In this document: positions 19,801 to 29,500 of the stretch, in pieces
Layout: each line of letters opens with the position of its first letter
Position numbering within the stretch: the stretch's first letter is position 1
Assembly: GCA_965263355.1 (NCBI GenBank)
Contig: CBDHHL010000032.1
Coordinates: forward strand, 1,728,001 to 1,792,000
Reading direction: 5' to 3'
DNA length: 64,000 nucleotides
Source of the DNA: Leptolyngbyaceae cyanobacterium
Lineage (GTDB): Bacteria > Cyanobacteriota > Cyanobacteriia > Phormidesmidales > Phormidesmidaceae
Translations under genes and position numbers: made by a program
The notes under the pieces: generated by a model
The model's database searches: none
What the model was told of the DNA's origin: nothing
The model's input: the letters and a program-made list of their open reading frames with translations, nothing else

Positions 19801-20295
19801 TGGGCTTCGTAAATTTCGTAAATGTTGTTGTTGTCTTTGGTTAGGGGAAAGCCCTGAGCAACTCATTTTGCTATTAGCTCAGTTGCTTGAAGTGCGATCG
19901 CTATTTTGGGAGGAGTCGCTACTTTAGGGATTTTTACAGGAGGAATAGTGGGTTGACTGCTTACCCTACTTAGTGTTCGCTTACCAACAACATAAAATTC
20001 ATTAGAATACGCCAGTTTTTTTGCCCGCATCCCCCAACGACGACAAAGGGGCCATTGACAGTGTTCGGTAGGCGACATAGGTGATGGTGGATGAACATAA
20101 AAACGGTAGAGGTATAATAGATATCCATAGAGAATTTGCCCACCCTACGGGTGCTCAGCACCATTATCGACACCATCAAACGTAGGTTGGGTTGCCTCAC
20201 CACCAATCCCATCGCCAATTATCCAATTTTTTATCAACCCAACATCTCCAACATCCATAGCCCATCATCCAATTATTCATCAACCCAATATACAT

Positions 20296-20715
20296 CGGGG
20301 ATCGGCTGCCTTAGCAGCCTGGAGCCAAGCATCCCCCAAACCGCTAGTAGTCTTTATCGATGAAATTGACGCCCTGATGGAGGATGCCCTTATCTCCACC
20401 CTGCGTCAGCTGCGCGATGGCTATCCCCGCCGTCCTGAAAACTTCCCGCACTCCCTGGCGCTAGTCGGCCTCAGAGATGTGCGTGATTATAAAGTGGCCT
20501 CTGGCGGTAGCACCCGCTTACAAACCGCTAGTCCCTTCAATATCAAGGTCAAATCATTAACCTTACGAAACTTCAACCAGTCAGAAATTCTTCAGCTCTA
20601 TCAACAACACACAGCAGAAACTGGGCAACAGTTTTCAGCAGATGCCATACAGGTCGCCTATGAACTAACCCAAGGTCAACCCTGGTTAGTCAACGCCTTA
20701 GCCAAAGAAGTTGTT
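20296..20715 (+). pseudogene. Internal fragment of an AAA-like P-loop ATPase
   Basis: In-frame Walker B PLVVFIDEIDAL upstream of the track ORF; LVGLRDVRDYK, SPFNIK, TQGQPWLVNALA; Walker A and C-terminus absent. Confidence 0.75.
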
Positions 20716-20927
20716 ATTGCATACAATGTCCCTACCGTTTCTGGATTTCTATCCACTAAAAATCAACCCGATCCGCATACACCAACCGCGTCACTGCTCG
20801 CTGTTCGAACAGCAAATATTCTTCCATGATGCTCCAGAAAAATGCCCTTAGGGTTTTCCGCCGTGTGGCGGCTGGTAGCTGATAATTAAACGGTGAATCA
20901 CAGGGTTTAAGCTTGGCCAGATGACTT

Positions 20928-21019
20928 TCGCAGCCGCAACCGTGCTCAATAAAATAACCATGGCGACTAGAAATCGCAGCCGCAACCGTGCTCAATAAAA
21001 TAACCATGGCGACTAGAAA
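20928..21019. repeat. Perfect 46-bp tandem duplication
   Basis: tcgcagccgcaaccgtgctcaataaaataaccatggcgactagaaa x2. Confidence 0.9.
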
Positions 21020-21024
21020 TACTG

Positions 21025-21582
21025 TCAATTAAACATAGATACATACCCCCCATGTAAAATTGCGTCAAACTGTCGGGCCACGCCTAGATCCTGTTCACTA
21101 AAACGAAAAGAACGAATTTCAAACACATCCTCCCGCTGTAGTGGATGTAAAAATGTCCAATAAAATGTGGCAGGTACATCGTAGCCCAGCTCATTAAATA
21201 GGTCGCTGACGGTATCGATTAATGCCATACGCTCTGGCGTTTGGCTAGCACTCACTTGCTGACGAATATCATCAAAATTGGGGTAGTGCTCAGGCAGGAA
21301 CGCATTGCCGTAGTGCTCTACTGCTTCATAGGCAAGCTGACCATTTCCTTCACAGTAGGCGGATTTTAGGTGGGCTGCTGCGGGGCGATCGCAAAATAGC
21401 ACGTTACCCTGTTGGTGCTTGGCCCAAAATACCTGAGCCATGGCCGTATATACCTTGGGTTCGCTCATCCAGTTGCCGGCAGCGATACGTTGCCAGCTGA
21501 TAGGCATAGCGTCAAGGGGAACAGCAGGTTCACCTTGGATGGTGGTTAAAGTCTGGCTGGAGACAGTTGGGGTGAAAACCAT
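21025..21582 (-). CDS. Hypothetical protein
   Basis: Open frame; likely start MVFTPT with AGGAG upstream on the minus strand; no family recognised. Confidence 0.6.
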   Translation of the reverse strand: MVFTPTVSSQTLTTIQGEPAVPLDAMPISWQRIAAGNWMSEPKVYTAMAQVFWAKHQQGNVLFCDRPAAAHLKSAYCEGNGQLAYEAVEHYGNAFLPEHYPNFDDIRQQVSASQTPERMALIDTVSDLFNELGYDVPATFYWTFLHPLQREDVFEIRSFRFSEQDLGVARQFDAILHGGYVSMFN

Positions 21583-21799
21583 AGGATTTGTTCTCCTGGG
21601 AGGTAGATGTTGTTGTATATAAATGAGGTGAAGGAAGTGCCTCATTAGTGGATGAGAATATAGCAAATACTATGATGTGGCCCTTTGGCTTAAGGTTGAG
21701 TCATTAATCGCAAGATTGATTTACCTGTCGTTGCCGTATTAGCCAATACAATTCAGTTTAGCGCCTTGATTGCTTGAGGTAGGATAATATGAACTGGAC

Positions 21800-22996
21800 G
21801 TGGGGCTACAGCTCATAATTAGTAAACAATCTAAGATGAACCTACTCAACAATCATGCTGATGTTATCAAACGTATTCATGGCAGAGGGTTTGCAGATTA
21901 TACAATTACCCGCCGCCTACCAAAAATCCTGACAACTATTGAAGGCCGGTTAGAGAAAAAGGGGCAGTTAGAAATAGCTCAAACAATGCTGCAAGCAGTT
22001 ATTGCTGGCAGCCCCATTGACACTACAATTTTTACTCGTCCTACAGATTATTGGCAGACCTACATTGACCAGTTAACTGGCTTAACCTGGGATGACTTGT
22101 CATTTTTCGATCTAGAAATTCTCTTCTATCATGGGTTAAATTCCATCGCTGGATATTTTGACAATGGCATTGATGTTTTTCGTCAGGTTCGTCAAAACGC
22201 CTTAACCAAAGCAATCCCGGATCTAGCCACTGGTTTAACCACAATCTCAGAATTATCCGGCATAGCCTTGCTGAAAGCAACCCTTCGGGGCGCTCTATTT
22301 GCCAATGAGGCAGATTACAGTCAGCTGATTACCCCACAGGGTGATACTAATCTCTGGCATAAACGGGTCTTGCTAGATGAAAGCGAGCAGTGGATAGCAA
22401 ATTTACAAAACAATCTCAAAGAAGGAGATATTCATATTATTGCTGATAATGCAGGTCATGAGCTGTGTTGGGATCTGGTCTTAGTCGATGCCATACTCAA
22501 ACTATTCAACACCATCAAGGTTGTTATTCATGTTAAACCATGGCCCATGGTTGTTTCCGATGCGCTTTCTATTGATGTTGAGGAAACAATTAACAAGTTT
22601 TTGAGCAATACTCTCTCTGATAACATGCGCCTACTGGGGCAGAGACTCAAAGCTGCTATGGAGTGTGACCGATTAAGCGTCCAAGCCGAAGCAGACTGGG
22701 GCGAACCCAGACACTTCAACGCCTTGGAGCCAAATCTGGGTAATACCTTGGGGAACTCGATCGGTGTGATCGCAAAAGGCGATCTAAACTATCGTCGACT
22801 GGTAGAAGATCGACAATGGTCTATAGATACCCCGGTTAAGGTGGCAACGGATGGTGTTCCCTTTAATGCCATTGCATTAAGAGTACTCAAATCCGATGCC
22901 CTGGTTGGACTTGACGCATCAGTCGCTGAAACAGCGGCAACACAATTTAGCGATTGGCGCACTCGGGGTTATTTTGCTGTAATGCAATTACTGTAA
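21800..22996 (+). CDS. ARMT1/DUF89 damage-control phosphatase family
   Basis: TITRRLPKIL, ANEADYS, IADNAGHELCWDL, HVKPWPMVVSDA, AKGDLNYRRL, ALRVLKSD. Confidence 0.88.
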   Translation: MGLQLIISKQSKMNLLNNHADVIKRIHGRGFADYTITRRLPKILTTIEGRLEKKGQLEIAQTMLQAVIAGSPIDTTIFTRPTDYWQTYIDQLTGLTWDDLSFFDLEILFYHGLNSIAGYFDNGIDVFRQVRQNALTKAIPDLATGLTTISELSGIALLKATLRGALFANEADYSQLITPQGDTNLWHKRVLLDESEQWIANLQNNLKEGDIHIIADNAGHELCWDLVLVDAILKLFNTIKVVIHVKPWPMVVSDALSIDVEETINKFLSNTLSDNMRLLGQRLKAAMECDRLSVQAEADWGEPRHFNALEPNLGNTLGNSIGVIAKGDLNYRRLVEDRQWSIDTPVKVATDGVPFNAIALRVLKSDALVGLDASVAETAATQFSDWRTRGYFAVMQLL

Positions 22997-23115
22997 ACGG
23001 CAACCTAGTCACCCCTTAGAAGTACTACCCTGTCCTACGGTCTCACCAAACTGTACAGGACTGAGCCCCATATCAGCTAGCTGCTCAATAGAAGTACTTT
23101 CAGGGAATGACTGGA

Positions 23116-24123
23116 TTATTTTGACTGGTACCCGAGCCGAATTAATTGTTCACCTGCAATCTCATTACATATTGCTATCTCAGCTGCAGATAGGTGTTCT
23201 TTCCAATCACCTACTGAGCCAGACCTGACATATTGTCCTTCGCCCTTCTCGGCTATGCGGCTAATATCCGCCGATTTTACAATCTCCTCGATGTGCGGTT
23301 CACTCGCCTCTAGATTGGCAAACTGAAAAATCTGTCGTAGACTTCGCTGTGGATCTGCCTTTAGCGCTTCATATCGTACCGTATGTACCCGATGCCTTAA
23401 CCCATGACGCTCTCGAATCAGCTCACCCCAATCAACACATTGCTTCCACCGCCGAATTGCGCCAGCTGTACCGATCCGCGCCCAACGTTCCTGCTGGGCC
23501 AGTGAATTATATGACACACATACATCTCGCCCATCCCGAACCACTTCAATAATGCGAGCCTCGGGAAAACGCCACAAAATCTGTTCTGCATAGCGAATAT
23601 GCATCGGCGTCTTTTCCAAAATTGTTTGGCCTACCTTGCCATACTGCGCAAAGAACCGATCAAACATGGCCGCTATTAGCTCTTCTGCCTGCACCAAGCC
23701 ACGATTGGTTTCTGGCACTTCTGCCCGGATCGCTCTAATCAGTAACTTTAGTTCGTCATACCCCACTAACCCATGTAAGCCATGACCATCGGGGCGATTC
23801 AAAATTTGATGCTCCCGCAAAATTCCCTGCCAAATATCGCCAGGACGGAAGCCAAACAACAATGGCTTTAGGCCATAGCGCCGTAAAATTCCTTTCCAAG
23901 ACCGTAACCGTTTCCGCCAGGTCCACCTTGGCAACTCCACAAATGGTTCATATACCAGTCGATACACGTGGGTTTCCCTCGGTACTGCTACCACATCTGG
24001 ATGTCTGGTAATCAGGGAGGTTACCCATGAGGTACCTGAGCGTGGACAGCCTACGACAAATAGCTTTGGACAGGACGCTAACTGTCCCATGTAAATATTG
24101 TTACCGACCTCTTGTGTATGCAT
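23116..24123 (-). CDS. Sulfotransferase family protein
   Basis: PAPS-binding GCPRSGTSW, EKTP, VRDGRDVCVS, VRYEAL. Confidence 0.9.
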   Translation of the reverse strand: MHTQEVGNNIYMGQLASCPKLFVVGCPRSGTSWVTSLITRHPDVVAVPRETHVYRLVYEPFVELPRWTWRKRLRSWKGILRRYGLKPLLFGFRPGDIWQGILREHQILNRPDGHGLHGLVGYDELKLLIRAIRAEVPETNRGLVQAEELIAAMFDRFFAQYGKVGQTILEKTPMHIRYAEQILWRFPEARIIEVVRDGRDVCVSYNSLAQQERWARIGTAGAIRRWKQCVDWGELIRERHGLRHRVHTVRYEALKADPQRSLRQIFQFANLEASEPHIEEIVKSADISRIAEKGEGQYVRSGSVGDWKEHLSAAEIAICNEIAGEQLIRLGYQSK

Positions 24124-24248
24124 AACTCAATAAAAATAAGGTTAGCAAGTGGCTTAAACGGCCTCGGCCTATGAAGAGCATGACTTTAAATATGGTTCTC
24201 GTTGTTCCCCTAGGAGAAAGAAACTGGAGAATGGGAAAAAACAATAAA

Positions 24249-25384
24249 CTAACTCGCTAATGTCCGTATACCGGTTTTATACGCGTCAGTATTCATGGCT
24301 AGGGCCGCCACAACCGGATAGAGTAGCTTGGCAAATTTACTCGCACTTTGAGCCAGGGTACGGGTGCGGTAATGGGCATAGGCGTTGTCGTCAATCGCCT
24401 GCAGCGATGATGACTGGGCAAATGCTGATAAGGATGATGTCACCACATAGTGATGGTTTGCTACAGTCTTATCCTGGGATTTTAAGCCATCCCCATTGCA
24501 AATCGGCAACAGTCCATGGGAACAGTAGGCAGCATACACCGTAGTCTTGGCTAAATTATTTGGGAACCTGCGATAGTCAAATATTCCAGCCATGGACTCG
24601 GCTAACAGAGCACTGACGTCAGTCGCTGACAAAAAGCCGGTTTTCACAACATTTACATCTAATCCTTTGTGATCCCATTCCACCGGACGACCAACCTCAT
24701 AGAGGGTATCGATATTCAACGTGTGACAAATATGATTGAGTGTCTCTGTATTGTTACGGTAAACACGGGTGCGATCGCTACTGCCAAACACTACCAATGA
24801 CCGCTTATGTTCAGACAGTGGCGTTATCTGGTCTAATTCTCCAATTGTCGAAAAGTTAGGCACACAGTGCACGGTCGACTTAGTCCATCTCGCCAGCGTC
24901 TGCTGAAACGCTGCATTGTTGGTTACCACCACATCGGCTACCTGGGCTAACCCAAGGGACACCCGACGCTGCACAAAATTGGGACATCGCACTCGTCTAT
25001 AGCGCAATGTCGGCAGCTCATGAAACATCACCACAATTCGCACCCCCTTGCGTTTCAGCACTCTCAGCGCATCCACTAACCATATCGGTGCATCTAGTTT
25101 TCCCAGCAGATAGGGATAATTACTGTATTGAAGAAAAATAGTTGATATATTTTCTGGTAGTCGTTCCAATACCCCTTGGACCGTATGGTTATCGAGTCGA
25201 TGTACTGGAAACTGATCCACCTGGGGGCGTAGCTTGGGGTTGGGTCTAAAGACTAGAACTCAGAGAAAATGTAGTTGCGATCGCACAGCTCATGGGCCAG
25301 TTGCAGAGCATAGTCACCGACGCCGTCTACGTCAGGAAATAGGCGCGGGACAATTTGCAAAATTCGAGTTGGTTGAGCAGTCAT
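24249..25384 (-). pseudogene. GT4-like glycosyltransferase with a 1-bp frameshift near 25256
   Basis: N-terminus MTAQPTRILQIVPRLFPDVDGVGDYAL; adding one base at GAG TTC TAG gives EFLVFRPNPKLRPQVDQFP, joining ORF 24249..25220. Confidence 0.7.
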
Positions 25385-25423
25385 AATAAGTGTGTAAGCG
25401 TGGAATTTTGAAGCGGCGGGGTT

Positions 25424-25730
25424 CACTCCAACGTCGATAGATAATCTTTTACCTGTTTCACCAACAGCGGCGTACCGTTGATTAAACAGATTGCCAAAGA
25501 AACCAGGAATCTTGGTCACCGCCACACCATTCTTGGCAACTAACTGCCAGCCCAATTCTTGGCCAAAATACCAATCGAGAATCTGAATCTCGGCCCGAAA
25601 CAGCTTTACTGGCCCTGCATAGGACTGCGGGTATTAGTCCTATGAACGTTCCAATATTGCCAAGGACGTTTGTCGTGTAATTGGCGAGATATTGGCTCTG
25701 CCACCAGGCAGTGGGTAGAGCCTGAAAGGA
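25424..25730 (-). pseudogene. Decayed thioesterase-like C-terminal fragment
   Basis: *D*YPQSYAGPVKLFRAE...ELGWQLVAKNGVAVTKIPG resembles the NRPS thioesterase tail; internal stops and frameshifts. Confidence 0.5.
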
Positions 25731-26416
25731 CGTACGAGCCTAAGAAAATGTTCACTTTACAATTTTTTATGCGAGAGAAGAAGAAACTAATCCTCGTGTT
25801 TTAGTCCCATTTGTTAAACTCCTACCAACCTACGGTGCCCTTTAACTCCATGGCCACTGTACTTCATAATGCTCTATCCTACAGCATCCTAAAACTTAGG
25901 AAAAGCATCTTTATAATAATTGCCATTAGTTACACCAACACACTGCAGATAAATTTCTTTTTATATGCTAAGGGCGTTAGCTTGACTGGAACATCCATAT
26001 TTCCCCATACTGTAAGTGACCCCAAAAATCATCAATAACGTGTCAAATCGGGATGCTCAGATAGCAATTTCTTGTACCAATTTTCAATTATCTTTATTGA
26101 TTTTTTAATATTATCTTTTAGCCATTTTCTAATCGGTCTCAATGACTCTTCTTTTGGGTAGTTATGGGGTAACTAAAACCACAATAAATCAGAAAAAATT
26201 TGGCATATGTTTCAAAAAACCTTCGTAGCCAATTTCAGGTTGTCCTACAAATTCTCCATCAGGTTCTTGATTATAAAACAATAGCATTACCCCAAATTCT
26301 TCATTGCCAAACTTTCTTTGCAAAGCTTTCCAGTGCTCGGATAAATATCTAGCACTACCGTCCTAGCCTAGATATGGCTTTCAAGCTTGCTAGCCTATTT
26401 AACGTCGATTTTTGCT

Positions 26417-26456
26417 AAAAAAAGCGAGCAACGAAAACTAGCTTCGTTGCTCGCTT
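26417..26456 (-). terminator. Rho-independent terminator after the phytase-like/GDPD gene
   Basis: Stem aagcgagcaacgaa / ttcgttgctcgctt followed by a T-tract on the minus strand; second hairpin at about 26461-26500. Confidence 0.75.
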
Positions 26457-26504
26457 CTTAATAAGAAAAGCAGACCCGTTATTGAGTCCGCTTTTTATTA
26501 ACGA

Positions 26505-29500
26505 TTAGACCACAGTAAAGGCAGTCTCAGTCAGTGCGGAAACAGCAACGCCGTTAAGCAATGCCAGGTCCTCATCACCAAAGCTGATCACAGCAGTGTC
26601 ACCACTCTGACCCAGGGACAACTGGTCAAAGGTTAACCCGTCGGCCAGACCAATGAAGTCAATGCCAACTTCAAAGTCAACAATCGTGTCAGTTCCTTCG
26701 CCACTGGCCAGGATGAAAGTATCACTCCCAGAGCCACCGGAGAAATTATCACCCGTTAGGGTATCGTTACCCAAGTCACCCCGGATGATATCGTCACCAT
26801 CGTCACCCCAGATCAGGTCGTCACCGGCATCACCAAAGAGTTCGTCGTTGCCGCCCTTACCACCGATGCGATCATTGCCAGCGCCACCAAAGATCAGGTC
26901 GTCACCACCCGCATTACCCTGAGGATTACGGCTGTCGAGGTCTCCGCGTAGTACATCATCACCGCTACCGCCAGCGATGATATCAGCCCCTAGACCACCG
27001 GCAATGGTGTCGTTGCTGACAGTACCAATAACCTCATTGTCGCCATCATCCCCAACGATGGGGTCAGCGTCAGGAATCGCCGCAGCACCCAGACGGGAAT
27101 CTAGATTTAGCGGATTATCTAGCTCAAGGACGATAACTTCATTGTTATCAATCTCTGTGCCAGTAAAGTCACGACCAATGGAGAAGGGATAGTTATTGTC
27201 ATTGGCCACCAGGATAGTAGTCTCATCCAGGACAAGCACATCCTCGATAGTGACAAATGGGAAGGTAAAGGTAGTTTCGCCATCGCCATTGAGATCGTCA
27301 GGATCTGCAATGTTCAATAGGTCAGCTACTTCAGTCTTCTCAACAAAGCCATCCGCATCTATGTTAGATAGATCTACCTTGAAGATCTTCTTGAATTCGG
27401 CACCAGCGGCCTGACCACCATCACGCTCAATCACCAAGAACTCATCGTCATTGATGGGGGTGAAGTCACCAATGGCATGATTGGTTTCTTCTAACTGGTA
27501 TAGACCCAGGATGCCTTCAAATGCACTGCTAGCAACATCAAATTCGTAGATGCGCAAGGAGCCAGCAGGATCACCAAAGACGGAGCCCTCTAGCATTGGG
27601 TAAAGCGTCAGACGGTCGGGGCTAAAGGCCATGCCTTCATAACCACGAGAACCGCGTAGGTTGGCAAACTCTTCTGCCGTTTCAAACTGTTCGACAATAA
27701 TCCGACCAGTTTCAGGGAAGTCAGTAAAGAAACCATCTACACCCAGCTCGATTAGCTGTTCAAACTCTTCGCCAGCCGTTTGAATAGTGCCATCGGGATT
27801 AAGGGTAAGGAATCTGGGCTCATCCCGTAGGGTATAGGGATGAATTTGCAGACCAGCATCGTGGGCAAAGTCAACCAGAGGTACTACTTCACCTGTGAGC
27901 TGAGAGGTAATGCCAACAGGAATTTCAACAATACCCTCACCCGCTAAGGTAGGTGCAGTAACCGGACCCTGTTCAAACTCAACTTCTAGATCACCGGTTA
28001 CACCAGTAATGGAGAAGGATAGATCATCCGTTAGAATCTGGTACTCAAGGTTAACGGGAACACCGTCTTCTAATGTGAGCTGAGGGAAGAAGTCGAACAA
28101 GCTATCGTCTTCTTCAGTTAAGGTTGTGCCAAAGAAGTCAATATCTAGCTCAAGGCTGTTGGCAGGATCAACAATCTCAGTACCTTCTCCAGTGAATAGT
28201 TCACTGTTGTAAGCTACCAAGCCACCAAAGACACCTTCTGTGGTGTCAAAGGTAATCCGCTGCAGAATGGTTTCATTGGTGCCGTTACCATCACGATCTT
28301 CAGATGTCGCAAAGGACTCGCGCAGCAGGATGTTGTTCTTCCAGGGGCCAAGACCATCGGCATAGCTGCTGATCTCAGTGATGGCCTCACCATTGGCTAA
28401 GGAATCATAGCCAGGATTTTCAAAATCCAGGAAGGGTAGTAGGTCACCGTAGATGGCTTCCTTCTCAGCATCAGACAAGTCAGCGTTAACTACCAAGTCA
28501 TAGGGTACGGAGAAACCGCCACCACCGTCGTTGATAAAGCTGCCTTCGGTGTCACCAAAGAGCTGCACCAACTGGAGGTTATCCAACCCAGCTGCGGGCA
28601 AGATATTATTGCGTAGATCCAGTAGGTTGGAGATTTCAAAGGACTGGATAAAGATGCGATCGCGATCCGTAAATCCAGTGTCTACCAGTGTTTGAACCAG
28701 AGGCTCTTCCAAAGACAGACCCTGCTCATCAAAGAAGGTGGGGTGCTTAGTCTCAGGATAGATACCAATCTCACGACCCACAAGACCGCTGACTTCCTCA
28801 ACCAGTTGAATCACTTCCTCAAATGTGGGAATCTCAAACTGACCGTCGAACTCATCGCTACGGAAATCGCGAGACTGCACCGCACGCAACTGCTTGATCT
28901 CTGCCAGAGTAAAGTCCTCAGCAAAGTAAGCCGTAACCTCAGCGCCATCCAACATCTTAGTGGACATGCGCTCAGGGCCAAACACCTCAGCCACGTTGGT
29001 GGTGTCGTCAAGCATGGGCTCGTGGCGAGCGATAAGAACACCGTCAGAGGTGATCACCAGGTCAGGCTCAACAAAGTCAGCCCCCTGGTAAATCGCTAGA
29101 CGATAGGCCTCAAGCGTGTGCTCAGGGAAGTCACCACTGGCACCCCGGTGACCAATCACCAAAGGCGTCTGGCCATTGAGAGTATTAAAGTCAAAGTCAG
29201 GGTTGTTGGGAGAGCGGACCTCATCAGACGTCAGCTTATCCACAACCGGATCGCCAGTGCGGGGGAAGTCGGTAAAGAAACCGTCTACGCCTAGCTCAAC
29301 CAGCTGTTGGAATTCCTCCTCAGGTGTTTGAGGTGTACCATCCTCATTTAAAGTCAGGAAGCGCTCTTCATCGCGTAGGGTATAGGGGTGAATCTGCAAC
29401 CCAGAATTGTGAGCAAAATCAATTAGGGGGAAGACTTCACCGGTCAGCTGACTGGTAATTTCTGCTACACCGTCGCCATCGCCATCGACGGGAGTGTCTA

